64,000 bases of DNA, from positions 960,001 to 1,024,000 of the forward strand of contig OY970332.1 of assembly GCA_963717435.1 (NCBI GenBank), in the 5' to 3' direction. This document shows, piece by piece, positions 19,838 to 29,664 of the stretch. The notes under the pieces were generated by a model that was not told the origin of the DNA, made no database searches, and worked only from the letters and a program-made list of their open reading frames with translations. Each line of letters starts with the position of its first letter. Position 1 is the first letter of the stretch. The position numbers and the translations under genes were made by a program. Origin of the DNA: an uncultured bacterium (lineage in GTDB: Bacteria; Babelota; Babeliae; Babelales; Babelaceae).

Positions 19838-20078
19838 CGATTTAGCTAAGTTTGGCAGGTATATATTCTTCTTCATGTTCTTTCTAATGTTCAGTGTTAC
19901 TAGTTTATTAGTTTACGAATACAGTTACTTTAGAAACAAAGTTTTACAATTAGAGGCGCTTAAAGAAGATTATACAACTTACCTGCTTACACTTAAGAAA
20001 CTTATACTTGAATATGATCGCGTAAAAGATTCGCAGGATTCTGAAGTGAATCTTGATGAAAAAAAAAAGAGTGAGTGA
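19827..20078 (+). CDS. TM plus coiled-coil protein; probable N-terminal part of the M23 peptidase
   Basis: One TM helix then a coiled coil; ends just after an A10 tract that overlaps the next ORF. Confidence 0.6.
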   Translation: MNFNDLAKFGRYIFFFMFFLMFSVTSLLVYEYSYFRNKVLQLEALKEDYTTYLLTLKKLILEYDRVKDSQDSEVNLDEKKKSE

Positions 20079-20760
20079 CGCTCAGATTTTTGAATCATCA
20101 GATAGCGCAGAATCGGGGGATCTTTTTCCAGTAGTTAATAGAGAATCAGAATATTTACTTCGTGAGTCTTTGGCCTTTGCAAAGTTACATAATTTGGAAT
20201 TTGCTTTGCAAAAGATGTACGAAGCTGATGAACTGGTTGCAAGATCTAGTAATATAAGAACTACAAAGCGGGCCGCAAAAAGGCGGCGTTCATCAAGGGC
20301 TAATATCGAGGCGATGGCCCGTATTCAAGAAAAAATCGAAAGTTTCTCGCATAAGCGTGAACCGATATTTATCTGGCCGATCAAGCGCTCACAATTTTGG
20401 TTGAGTGCATTTTTTGGTCCAAGAAAAATTGCTGGAGTTTGGAGATTGCATAAAGGCATAGATATGGCGGCCGTTAAGGGAACGCCTATATTGGCAGCAG
20501 GTTCTGGCGTAGTTTCAGAGGCAAGATATGTTAGTGGTTATGGAAATACTATTTTGGTGACCCATAACAAGAAATTTAAAACACGATACGCGCATCTGTC
20601 TAAAATATTGGTAAAAGTTGGAGAAAAAGTTGAGCAGGGTGATATAATTGGAAAAGTTGGTGACACTGGATTTGTTAAAGGTCGCAACGGCTCCCATCTG
20701 CATTTTGAAGTTTACGTTTTTGAAAAACAGGTTAATCCGTTTTATTTTTTAATTAAATAG
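20053..20760 (+). CDS. M23 family metallopeptidase (murein hydrolase)
   Basis: HKGIDMA, GYGN, YAHL and HLHFEV zinc motifs. Confidence 0.9.
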   Translation: MMKKKRVSDAQIFESSDSAESGDLFPVVNRESEYLLRESLAFAKLHNLEFALQKMYEADELVARSSNIRTTKRAAKRRRSSRANIEAMARIQEKIESFSHKREPIFIWPIKRSQFWLSAFFGPRKIAGVWRLHKGIDMAAVKGTPILAAGSGVVSEARYVSGYGNTILVTHNKKFKTRYAHLSKILVKVGEKVEQGDIIGKVGDTGFVKGRNGSHLHFEVYVFEKQVNPFYFLIK

Positions 20761-20770
20761 GAAATATATT

Positions 20771-21574
20771 ATGGCTACAAACAGCAACAATAATTATTAT
20801 TGGGAAAATTTTAAGTCTATAGCGCTTATATTAATAGCGGCGTTTATTATAAGAACCGTGGGTTTTGGATTATATAAATTACCACCATCAGGTTCTATGG
20901 AAACGACACTATTAGATGGTGAATCTGTATTTGCGGACAAATTTTCTTATTGGATCACTTCGCCAAAACGTGGTGACATAATCGCATGTAATTCTCCAAA
21001 ATATGAGTATTCTTCAAACCCTGTAATTAAATGGTGGCAAAATTATGTTTGGGGCCCCGATAATTGGACAAAGAGGGTGATCGGTCTTCCGGGGGATCAC
21101 GTTCAGGGCGTTATCGAAGATGGCAAACCGGTAGTTTATGTTAATGGGCAAAAACTTGACGAGCCGTATGTAAATAAATACCCACTAATAAGATGTTCAG
21201 GTGAACATGCAAAGTCATTTGACCCAAATTGCGATTTTAATAATCAGCCGTTTTATAGACTTGATAAAAACAAAGTTGTTACAAACAACGAGGGGCAAGT
21301 TTCTATAATTCCTGCTCAAACCCCGATTACTATCGACGAATTTGATGTAAATCTTGGTCCGACAGAATATTGGCTGATGGGCGATAACAGACTTAACAGT
21401 GCTGACTCTCGAGTTGTTGGGCCGGTCGATAAATCTTTAATTCATGGAAAAATTATTTTTAGAATATTTTCTGTGGACTCTAATGAAAATTGGATGATAC
21501 TAGATTTATTAAAACACCCGATAGATTTTTTCAAAAGAGTAAGATGGTCCCGATGCCTAAATGTGGTGTCTTAA
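20771..21574 (+). CDS. lepB: signal peptidase I
   Basis: SGSMETTL (catalytic Ser), KRVIGLPGD (catalytic Lys) and GDNRLNSADSR. Confidence 0.93.
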   Translation: MATNSNNNYYWENFKSIALILIAAFIIRTVGFGLYKLPPSGSMETTLLDGESVFADKFSYWITSPKRGDIIACNSPKYEYSSNPVIKWWQNYVWGPDNWTKRVIGLPGDHVQGVIEDGKPVVYVNGQKLDEPYVNKYPLIRCSGEHAKSFDPNCDFNNQPFYRLDKNKVVTNNEGQVSIIPAQTPITIDEFDVNLGPTEYWLMGDNRLNSADSRVVGPVDKSLIHGKIIFRIFSVDSNENWMILDLLKHPIDFFKRVRWSRCLNVVS

Positions 21575-21589
21575 TATTGTAAGATAAAT

Positions 21590-22543
21590 ATGCAAAATTC
21601 GATTTTATCTGTTGAAAATTTAACTAAAACTTTTTACGCAAAAAAATTCTGGTTCAGAAATGCTGAGCCAGAATTTACCGCTCTTAATAATATTAATTTT
21701 GAGCTTAATCAAGGTGAGATATTGGGTTTTCTTGGGCCAAATGGTGCCGGAAAAACTACTACGATCTCTATTTTGTTGGGCGTTATGTCGCCAACATCGG
21801 GTAATATAAAATATTTTGGAAAAAGCCTTTCTAAATATAGATCAGAAATATTGCAGCAGGTTTCATTTGCAAGTACATATGTCAAACTTCCAAGTAGATT
21901 AACAATTTATGAAAATCTTGATGTCTATGCGAAAATTTATGGCATGCGATATGCAGATAGAGTTGAAAATATTAGCAAGTTTTTGAAATATTTTGATTTG
22001 TGGGATTTGAGAAACAGGGACACGGGAAGTTTATCTGCGGGCCAGACAACGCGTGTTATGGTTGTTAAAGCCTTTCTTGCAAGACCTAAAATTGTTCTTC
22101 TTGATGAGCCGACCGCGTCTCTCGATCCCGATATATCTAAGATGGTCAGAGAATTTATAAAGATGCAAAGAGATGAAAATGGGGTTTCTATATTATTAAC
22201 TTCGCACAATATGGACGAGGTTACTGAAAGTTGTAATAGAGTAGTAGTTTTAAAAAATGGCAATATTATTGCAAATAATACACCGGAGCAGTTAGCTGCC
22301 AGTGTTACAAATTCTAAAGTTCAGTTACTTGTTACAAAAAATTTAGATTTGGCTAAAAATTTATGCAAGCAAAAAAATCTTGTCTGTTCTGTTGATAATC
22401 TGTTTTTAAATATAGAAATCGATGAAAAACATGTAGCAAGCTTACTTTCTGAACTTGCCCATCTTAATGTTATTTATGACCAGATTTCGATAGAAAAGCC
22501 GACACTTGAAGATTATTTTTTGCAAATATCTGAAACTAAATAA
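21590..22543 (+). CDS. ABC transporter ATP-binding protein
   Basis: GPNGAGKTT, LSAGQ, LLDEPT and TSH motifs. Confidence 0.93.
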   Translation: MQNSILSVENLTKTFYAKKFWFRNAEPEFTALNNINFELNQGEILGFLGPNGAGKTTTISILLGVMSPTSGNIKYFGKSLSKYRSEILQQVSFASTYVKLPSRLTIYENLDVYAKIYGMRYADRVENISKFLKYFDLWDLRNRDTGSLSAGQTTRVMVVKAFLARPKIVLLDEPTASLDPDISKMVREFIKMQRDENGVSILLTSHNMDEVTESCNRVVVLKNGNIIANNTPEQLAASVTNSKVQLLVTKNLDLAKNLCKQKNLVCSVDNLFLNIEIDEKHVASLLSELAHLNVIYDQISIEKPTLEDYFLQISETK

Positions 22544-22577
22544 AAAATAGTGAGTAATTGAAACGGGTGATTTAAAT

Positions 22578-23369
22578 ATGAAACTTATAAGAATATCAGC
22601 AGTTATACAGCGCCATTTGTTTATCACGTTGCGCGACGCTAGTGTAATTTCTGAACTTTTTTACTGGCCACTATACGATATAATATTGTGGGGCTTTGCA
22701 ACAACATGGTTTGGAGCTGGTGACCCCAAAGACCAAAAAATTGTCTTAGCAACGCTTGCTTGTCTTGTATTGTGGCAGGTTGTTTATAGGACTTGCCAAG
22801 ATGTTTGTCGAGGTATGGTAGAAGAAATTTGGTCCCGTAATTTAGTTAATCTTTTTTCGACGCCAATCTCAATTGTTGAATGGCTCTTAGGAGTTATGGC
22901 CCTGGGATTGCTTAAAGTTGTCCCATCTTTAATTTTTGCAGCTACAGCCGTTTGGTATCTTTATAATATAAATATTTTGTCTTTGGGACTTGTATTGGTC
23001 CCATATATTTTGTCTTTGATTGTTTCCGGTTGGTGCATAGGAATCTTGATTTCATGTTTCTTAATTTCCTGGGGACATAGAGCGCAGACTTTAGTTTGGA
23101 CCTTGGCTTATGCATTTGCGCCAATGTCTGGTGTCTTTTTTTCTATATCAGTTTTTCCCAAGTCGATCCAAATTATAGCCAAATTACTTCCGACAACTTA
23201 TATTTTTGCATCTGCAAGAGAACTTATTTTTAATAATATTATTAACTGGCACTATTTTTATATAGCTACCGTTTTAAATATTTTTTACTTTATTATAACT
23301 TTATTATTATTTAAATTTAGCTTTGAAAGAAGTCGTGCTTTGGGTCTTGCAAGACTTGAAGTTGACTAG
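22578..23369 (+). CDS. ABC-2 type permease
   Basis: About six TM helices, EEIWSRNLVNLFSTP and P..IQ..AKLLPTTY; follows the ATPase. Confidence 0.85.
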   Translation: MKLIRISAVIQRHLFITLRDASVISELFYWPLYDIILWGFATTWFGAGDPKDQKIVLATLACLVLWQVVYRTCQDVCRGMVEEIWSRNLVNLFSTPISIVEWLLGVMALGLLKVVPSLIFAATAVWYLYNINILSLGLVLVPYILSLIVSGWCIGILISCFLISWGHRAQTLVWTLAYAFAPMSGVFFSISVFPKSIQIIAKLLPTTYIFASARELIFNNIINWHYFYIATVLNIFYFIITLLLFKFSFERSRALGLARLEVD

Positions 23370-23388
23370 AATTTAAAAAAAAGTGAAT

Positions 23389-24063
23389 TTATCTTGAAGG
23401 CACATATAGAGACGTGCCAATTCTTTGTGGCGCACTTCCGGAAGACTTGTATATCGAAGTGGTACCGGTGGTTTCTGGCGCGGTTTCAAGTGGTTGTACG
23501 ACATTAAGATTAAATGGTCTAAAACTGTAGCCGGCTAGTGGCCCAACTTGCGAATTGCATCTAAGATATTTATCGCTTTCTTGAAATCCAGATAAGCTCA
23601 CAACCCCTGCGCAGTCTACTAATACGGGTTCTTGTTTTACTCCATTTATTGTCGATAGTTTTGCGCATGATATTGAATAGTAATCTGATATTGTTGTTCC
23701 ACTTGAATCGTACATTACATAGAAAGTTTTTAATTTTTCAGGATTTTTTTTAATCTCTTCAGGCGAATCATATTTTATTTCTATTGCATTATTTAAGGGC
23801 ACCCGTTCTTCTTGATCATTATTTCCAAGAAAATGGCGCCAAGATTTTAGTTCAAGAATATCGTTTTTGTAATCCCAATTTTCTATCGCCTGTGTTGGTT
23901 GTTGAATTATAACCCCGCCACAGGATTCTGTCGGCGCAACCATTACTATTTCATTGTTTTTAAAACTGGGTATAATTTTTTCAACCCTTGTTGCTGAAAA
24001 AACATGAACAAAGCTAAAAATTGTTCCAATTAAAATTGTTAAATTTAAACTAAACCTGTTCAT
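23389..24063 (-). CDS. secreted hypothetical protein (distant paralog of the next two)
   Basis: Signal peptide; SCGG, YDS, YYxIxC, DC and C-x-GP motifs shared with neighbours. Confidence 0.7.
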   Translation of the reverse strand: MNRFSLNLTILIGTIFSFVHVFSATRVEKIIPSFKNNEIVMVAPTESCGGVIIQQPTQAIENWDYKNDILELKSWRHFLGNNDQEERVPLNNAIEIKYDSPEEIKKNPEKLKTFYVMYDSSGTTISDYYSISCAKLSTINGVKQEPVLVDCAGVVSLSGFQESDKYLRCNSQVGPLAGYSFRPFNLNVVQPLETAPETTGTTSIYKSSGSAPQRIGTSLYVPSR

Positions 24064-24100
24064 GATTTTTCCAACTTTTTATACTAATTTTTTATTATAT

Positions 24101-24562
24101 TTAACCTTGGTTCATCTTCAAGCCTGTGTAACCTTCGTCGCCCACACCCGGACCTGCGTTTCCAGGTAGGCAAGCGGTGTTATGACGAATATTCTCCATA
24201 GTTACTACTTCTGAACAATTAGCGTTCGACCACTTATCATTCTTTTTGCTTTTACAATATATTCTGTAATAGCCTCCCTGTCCGCCCGAATCATATCTAA
24301 ATCTATGACCGTCAACTTCCAATCCATTTCCACCATTATCATAAGATCCCAAAAGAGTTTTGGCATCTGTATTTGATTCAACTTTGTATGATTCTAGTTT
24401 TACAAGCGCTCCAGATTTTGGTTTTATTGTCAATCCACCACATGTTGAAGGGTTGGCAGCCAGATTAATGTAGCCTGAGACAAATACTGGCAATATATTA
24501 TTAGCTTGAAGCATAAAAATGCTTAGCGTTAAAGTTAAAAATGATATTAATTTAAACTTCAT
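24101..24562 (-). CDS. secreted hypothetical protein, paralog
   Basis: Signal peptide ending MLQA; highly similar to 24621..25121. Confidence 0.8.
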   Translation of the reverse strand: MKFKLISFLTLTLSIFMLQANNILPVFVSGYINLAANPSTCGGLTIKPKSGALVKLESYKVESNTDAKTLLGSYDNGGNGLEVDGHRFRYDSGGQGGYYRIYCKSKKNDKWSNANCSEVVTMENIRHNTACLPGNAGPGVGDEGYTGLKMNQG

Positions 24563-24575
24563 TGAAATCTCCTTG

Positions 24576-24607
24576 AAAAAGCAAAGTGGCCGGAAGTTAT
24601 CCGGCCA
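24576..24607 (-). terminator. Rho-independent terminator between the paralogs
   Basis: tggccgga/tccggcca stem with a T-rich tail on the minus strand. Confidence 0.6.
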
Positions 24608-24620
24608 TCTATCTGTAAAT

Positions 24621-25121
24621 TTAAGCTTGGTTCATCTTAAGATCGTTATAACCTTCACTACCCACACCCGGGCCTGTGATAAAGTCACTTGTTCCACAAG
24701 ATTCGTTATGACGAATATTGTCTATAGTTACTACATCTGAACAATTAACGTTTGTCCATTCATCATTCTTTTTCATTTTTCTCTTACAGTATATTCTGTA
24801 ATGGGTCAAGCTTCCTGATCCCGCCCAGTCATATCTGAATCTTTTGCCGCCATCATCTAATCCATTTCCACCATTATCATAAGAACCTAATTGACCATCA
24901 GTTGTATCAGCTGTATCCGTTCCAATTGGAGAATAATACTTATATGATTCCAGTCTCACCAGACCAGCTCCTGATTTTGGTCGGATGGTGAACCCGCCAC
25001 AAGTAGAACCCCTTGCAACCAATTTAATATAGTTTGACACAAATATAGGCTCTGTGTTGTCCGCTTGAAGCATAAAAATGCTCAGCGATAAAGTTAAAAA
25101 TGATATTGATTTGAAATTCAT
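24621..25121 (-). CDS. secreted hypothetical protein, paralog
   Basis: AAGGAGG RBS; shares STCGG, LGSYDNGGNGL, RFRYD, RIYC and GPGVGxEGY with 24101..24562. Confidence 0.8.
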   Translation of the reverse strand: MNFKSISFLTLSLSIFMLQADNTEPIFVSNYIKLVARGSTCGGFTIRPKSGAGLVRLESYKYYSPIGTDTADTTDGQLGSYDNGGNGLDDGGKRFRYDWAGSGSLTHYRIYCKRKMKKNDEWTNVNCSDVVTIDNIRHNESCGTSDFITGPGVGSEGYNDLKMNQA

Positions 25122-25370
25122 CGAAACCTCCTTTTAGGTTTATAAATTATTAAAACTCTCTAATTTTCTATCTCTATTACCATATTAATACAAATAGAAA
25201 CAATAATTCAACAATTTATATATAAACTTATTCGCCGTCACTTATATTACATTCTATTGCTTCTGATAATCCCCTTTTTATAATCTTTTATTAGTTTATG
25301 GATTTTGTAACTATTTTTCAGGTATAAAATTACTGTTTTTTTGTATTTTTTAATAAGGGGGTAGGATATC

Positions 25371-26675
25371 ATGTTTAGGTTCAAAAAGTTTATATATTGG
25401 GGTTTTATTATAATAACCTGTTTAAATTGTGGGGCTATTGGTTCGGGCAACCCAGCTGATAAGCTGGCAGATTGGACGCTTTTTGTTTATATGGAGTCAG
25501 ATAAAGAACTTAATGACGCCGCTATCAAAAATATTACCGATATGGCACGCTCTGGGGTTCCAGGTAACATAAATGTTGTTATTCAGCTCCATGTTTGGCA
25601 AGAAACAGCCTGGCGATACGTCGTTTCAGGTTCAAGTATTATTTTGGACTCAAGTGTTGAATTGACCCTTGATCCAGAACAAGATTTAATAAATGGCCTA
25701 ACTTGGGCATTTACTAAGTTCCCATCCCAAAAAATAATGACAGTGTTGTGGAACCACGGATTTGGGATTTTGGACCCAGTTTGGTCGGAGCATCAAGAGA
25801 GCTGGGTGCCCGAAAATATTCAGGATGTGCAGGTAACAAGATCAAGATTAGTAACGGATATGATTGAGCATAAGAATCACAGGGGAGTTCTTTTTTATCC
25901 ATTTAACAAAGTTTTTCTAACCAATTCCGGAATGGTTAACGCTTTTAACAAAATAAAAAACACAGTTCTTGGCGGCAGAAAAATCGATATTATTAGCGCG
26001 GACGCATGCAAAATGGCAATGATCGAGATAGCTTATCAACTTTCAGAATTTGGTGATTATCTTATAGGTTCCCAAGATTGCGAACTTAAAGATGGCTGTG
26101 ATTATTTTTCTTTGATAAATAATCTATCAAAAAATCTGTCGCCGAAAGATATAGCCATTAATATCGTACGTGATTATGAAACTTACTATAAACCCAGAGC
26201 GGCCTGCGGCAGATATACGCAATCTGCTATAGATTTAAATAATATTAATAACTTAATAATTAGTCTGGATGATTTTATAAAAACAGCCCAAGAAATTTAC
26301 GAAGCAGAAAACTTAGAAATTAAAAAAGATATTTTTGAAATAATAAATAGTTCCCGCAAAGTTATGCCAGAATTTTGCAAAATGCCATCTTACATTGATA
26401 TTACAAGTTATTTTAATAGCTTAAAAGAAGAACTGAGCTTCGCCAATTCTGATAAAAAATTTGATAAGCTTATAAGCACAATTGATAATTTAGTTTTGGC
26501 TGTCAATAAATCTGTGGTTGCCAACACTAGAGGTTTTAAATCTGCGCATGCTCAGGGACTTTCAATTTATTACCCATACGACTATTCTGATTGTTCTTAT
26601 ATAGAGTGTTTGTTTGCAAAAAATAGCGCATGGCTAAGTTTTTTAAGGACTTTTGCAACTAATCAAGCTTTTTAA
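25371..26675 (+). CDS. clostripain-family (C11) cysteine peptidase
   Basis: WTLFVYM, LWNHGFG (His), DACKMA (Cys), SQD and GLSIYYP. Confidence 0.88.
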   Translation: MFRFKKFIYWGFIIITCLNCGAIGSGNPADKLADWTLFVYMESDKELNDAAIKNITDMARSGVPGNINVVIQLHVWQETAWRYVVSGSSIILDSSVELTLDPEQDLINGLTWAFTKFPSQKIMTVLWNHGFGILDPVWSEHQESWVPENIQDVQVTRSRLVTDMIEHKNHRGVLFYPFNKVFLTNSGMVNAFNKIKNTVLGGRKIDIISADACKMAMIEIAYQLSEFGDYLIGSQDCELKDGCDYFSLINNLSKNLSPKDIAINIVRDYETYYKPRAACGRYTQSAIDLNNINNLIISLDDFIKTAQEIYEAENLEIKKDIFEIINSSRKVMPEFCKMPSYIDITSYFNSLKEELSFANSDKKFDKLISTIDNLVLAVNKSVVANTRGFKSAHAQGLSIYYPYDYSDCSYIECLFAKNSAWLSFLRTFATNQAF

Positions 26676-26931
26676 ATCTGGTAACTTTCTGCCCGTTATC
26701 TTCAACAAGTTCCAAGAACATTTCAGCAGGTCTTGCCCACAAAGTTCCAGCTGGTAATTTCTTATTTGTTCCACGAATTTCAGATTCATAAAGTTGCTTA
26801 TAAATAACCAATTCTTGTTCAGGATTTTCGCTATACAGAGCTGTGCCTATAACTTCGTATTGGTTTTTTGTTCTATAGTGCTCGTAGATTCCAGGTTGAA
26901 CTGTTTGCTTTGTTGCTTTTTCTTTGTGCAT
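26659..26931 (-). CDS. DUF1653-like protein
   Basis: PGIYEHYR..YEVIG.A..SE...LVIYKQLY...LWARPAEMF. Confidence 0.8.
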   Translation of the reverse strand: MHKEKATKQTVQPGIYEHYRTKNQYEVIGTALYSENPEQELVIYKQLYESEIRGTNKKLPAGTLWARPAEMFLELVEDNGQKVTRFKKLD

Positions 26932-26946
26932 AATAGGCTCTTCGGT

Positions 26947-27762
26947 TTAATTTTTATCAACTAAATAAAATTCTTCTTCGCTTTGTTTTTTAACTCTTGT
27001 ATCTTCTAATAATTCAATATCTTTTTTTTGTACGTTAGTATTTATATCAAATTTTTTTCTTGAATAATAAGAAGTTCTTTCGGAATAATCAAAGCCAATA
27101 AATAACTTAGCTGTGTTGGTTAAATTATTAATCCCAAAAAGCCCGCCCCCGGTTTGAGGCTCGAGAGTCTTGTTCCAGCTTAAAAATAAAGTTTTTCTTG
27201 TAAGTGTACTGATTTTGTAAATTATATCGGGCTTGTTCACTCTGGATTTTACAAGTGGGTCCTGCGGCTCCGTCAGCCATATATAAATAAATACGGGGCT
27301 TGATTTGTCAGTTAATATCGTTGCGGCGCCAGTATAGTTCAAATTTGTATATGGCGAGCCTAATAGTTCTTTTGGCATTAAAAATTTATTTCCGTTAAGC
27401 AAAGAGATCCACAGGTTCGTGCTGCTTTTGTTTACGAACTCAAAAGAAATTAATTTATTATTAATATCTTCTAAGTTTGTTGTCCATGACCCGACAGTTG
27501 TAATATCTTCTTCTGACCTTTTTAAATCTATGCCATTAATTAGCTGTAAAATTTGTTCTGAAAGATCTTTTTTTTCAGCTTCTTGCATTATTATGGGTGG
27601 ATTATATATTTGAGATATTGCTCTGTCTTCCCCCATGCCACAAATATAAAATTGGCAAAACAATTGCAGCAGAAATAATCTTAAAATAAACGTGAAAGTT
27701 ATTGGACAAAAAATTAGATAGTTTAAATCTGGCATCTTGTGATATTTAATTTTACTACTCAC
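26947..27762 (-). CDS. hypothetical protein
   Basis: 271-aa ORF with a hydrophobic N-terminal segment. Confidence 0.55.
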   Translation of the reverse strand: MSSKIKYHKMPDLNYLIFCPITFTFILRLFLLQLFCQFYICGMGEDRAISQIYNPPIIMQEAEKKDLSEQILQLINGIDLKRSEEDITTVGSWTTNLEDINNKLISFEFVNKSSTNLWISLLNGNKFLMPKELLGSPYTNLNYTGAATILTDKSSPVFIYIWLTEPQDPLVKSRVNKPDIIYKISTLTRKTLFLSWNKTLEPQTGGGLFGINNLTNTAKLFIGFDYSERTSYYSRKKFDINTNVQKKDIELLEDTRVKKQSEEEFYLVDKN

Positions 27763-27875
27763 TTCTTGCCTCCTATATTAACTTGAAAAAAATATACTGA
27801 AAAACTTGCATGAGTCAATAATTTTGCTAAATTTATCTCTGTGAAATGTTAATAAAATTTTAATTAAGGTACGTA

Positions 27876-28400
27876 ATGAAAAACTTAACTTTTGAAAAAT
27901 ATATTTTTGTGGCGCTATTAAGCTTGGCTCTTATCCCTGGGTGTGGCAACAGTTCTGAAGAAAATAAATCTTGCGCAGCTTCAAGCAGTCAGGCCCAATC
28001 AAAAAAAGTGAAAGTTATTAACGTTTTGGACCCTGAACTATATAATGACGCCCATATTGACGGGTCGATAAATATAGAATTTGGTAAAGTTGCCGATACC
28101 GCAAAATCTGAAAATTGGGACAAAGATACTAAAATAGTTCTTTATTGCTCAAATTATATGTGTAGCGCAAGTGGAGAAGAGGCTAGAAAATTAAAAGAAT
28201 TAGGGTATACTGATGTTGCTGTGTATGAAGGTGGCATGGCTCAATGGTTTACTTTAAGCCAAAGTGATCCTAGCTACAAGGTTATCGGTGAGGCAAAGCA
28301 AGAGTATTTGAGCTTGCCCAACGAGAAGCCCGCACGAGCTGCTGAATCTGATATACCGGAAATCACAGCACAAGAGTTGAAAGACCTTTTGTCAAAGTAG
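27876..28400 (+). CDS. rhodanese-like lipoprotein
   Basis: Lipobox LIPGC; AHIDGSINI, VLYC and YEGGMAQW. Confidence 0.85.
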   Translation: MKNLTFEKYIFVALLSLALIPGCGNSSEENKSCAASSSQAQSKKVKVINVLDPELYNDAHIDGSINIEFGKVADTAKSENWDKDTKIVLYCSNYMCSASGEEARKLKELGYTDVAVYEGGMAQWFTLSQSDPSYKVIGEAKQEYLSLPNEKPARAAESDIPEITAQELKDLLSK

Positions 28401-28417
28401 ATCTTATAAATTTTTAA

Positions 28418-28492
28418 GGCGGCATAGCCAAGCGGTAAGGCAGGGGTCTGCAAAACCCCCATTCCCCAGTTCGATTCTGGGTGCCGCCTCCA
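28418..28492 (+). tRNA. tRNA-Cys(GCA)
   Basis: Cloverleaf; anticodon arm ggggt-ctGCAaa-acccc; encoded CCA. Confidence 0.97.
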
Positions 28493-28522
28493 TACTACGC
28501 TAAAGCTTCGTATGGCGCAGCC
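28490..28522. repeat. REP-like palindrome, family A, fused to the tRNA-Cys CCA
   Basis: CCAtac-tacgctaaagcttc-gtaTGG-cgcagcc. Confidence 0.85.
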
Positions 28523-28602
28523 AGCCTACGCCAAAAAAAGAGTGTAGCCGAGCTTATATCTTGAAATATCTAAGTAGAGTAATCTTTGAATATAAATTAG
28601 TT

Positions 28603-28689
28603 GCCGAGGTGGCGAAATTGGTAGACGCAAAGGACTTAAAATCCTTCGGGGGTTTCCCTGTGCCGGTTCGAGTCCGGCCCTCGGCACCA
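28603..28689 (+). tRNA. tRNA-Leu(TAA)
   Basis: Anticodon arm aagga-ctTAAaa-tcctt, long variable arm, encoded CCA. Confidence 0.97.
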
Positions 28690-28838
28690 TTCATTTCCAG
28701 AGGAAATGAATGGCTGACCTGTTCTTCAACCACACTTTTTCCCCGTTTGTTAAATATTTTTCCCCCGCAAATTTAAATTGGTTCCAAAATAATTTTTTAA
28801 TAATTTTTCCAAAAGTTAAATTCAACATCAAAAAAATC

Positions 28839-28866
28839 TTGACATTTTTGCGCGTTCAAATAGTGT
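28839..28866 (+). promoter_or_regulatory. putative sigma70 promoter of the HU gene
   Basis: TTGACA-16bp-TAGTGT. Confidence 0.4.
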
Positions 28867-28936
28867 AGCATCTGTAAGGCTGTTTCGTTTCTGATTTGTA
28901 AAATGATTAAAAAATTTTAAGAAATTAAGGAAGTCT

Positions 28937-29215
28937 ATGAACAAAGCGAAATTGATTGAACAAATCTCAAAAATGTCAAAAATGCCAAAAGCACAATGTA
29001 AAAAAGCTCTTGAAGCATTCATCAAAAGTGTTGGACACTCACTAAAAACTGGTAAGTCAGTTGTTCTTACAGGGTTTGGTACATTCACAAGTATCAAAAG
29101 AAAAAGCAGAAAGGGTGTTAACCCTGCAACAGGTAAAGCAATGCAAATACCTGCTAAGAAAGTTGCTAAGTTTAAACCTGGTAAAGCGCTTCGCGATCTA
29201 GTTTCAGCTAGCTAA
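28937..29215 (+). CDS. hup: DNA-binding protein HU
   Basis: MNKAKLI...GFGTF...RKGVNPATG..MQIPA...KFKPGKAL. Confidence 0.96.
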   Translation: MNKAKLIEQISKMSKMPKAQCKKALEAFIKSVGHSLKTGKSVVLTGFGTFTSIKRKSRKGVNPATGKAMQIPAKKVAKFKPGKALRDLVSAS

Positions 29216-29242
29216 AAACTAAGTTGATATTTAGTAAACAGG

Positions 29243-29279
29243 AATGCGCCTAACTTAATAAGTTGGGCGCATTTATTTT
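29243..29279 (+). terminator. terminator after hup
   Basis: aatgcgcctaactta/taagttgggcgcatt hairpin with a T-rich tail. Confidence 0.7.
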
Positions 29280-29295
29280 GTAAAGGGGTTTTATT

Positions 29296-29664
29296 GTGGA
29301 AGCACTTAATAATTTTAAAGATTCTTTCGTTGCATACATATCTGATTATGCAAAAAATTTTTCATCAGCAAGATTATTTGTACTTTTTGGTTCTTTTATA
29401 AGCGGTCTATTATTTGGTTTTGTTCTAAATAATTATGGTAGACAGCTTTTGTTTTTAATGGCATTTCTTGGAGCGTCAGTTTTCTTGCTTAATTATTTTC
29501 ATTTTGCGACCGTTCATACAGTTGAGATTAAAGCGTTTTTTGGCATAACAGGTTCTAATTCCGTTCAAGATGTTTTTTACGTTTATGTAGATTATATAAA
29601 AAAATATATGGTTGAAAGCGTATTCTTTTTAATCGGCTTTTTGATCGGATGGAAAATAGGATGA
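29296..29664 (+). CDS. small membrane protein
   Basis: Three hydrophobic segments; overlaps the start of the ATPase gene. Confidence 0.6.
   Translation: MEALNNFKDSFVAYISDYAKNFSSARLFVLFGSFISGLLFGFVLNNYGRQLLFLMAFLGASVFLLNYFHFATVHTVEIKAFFGITGSNSVQDVFYVYVDYIKKYMVESVFFLIGFLIGWKIG

Noticed and set aside
28274-28776. Short ORFs 28274..28462 and 28561..28776
   Set aside because: They overlap tRNA-Cys and tRNA-Leu and are spurious.
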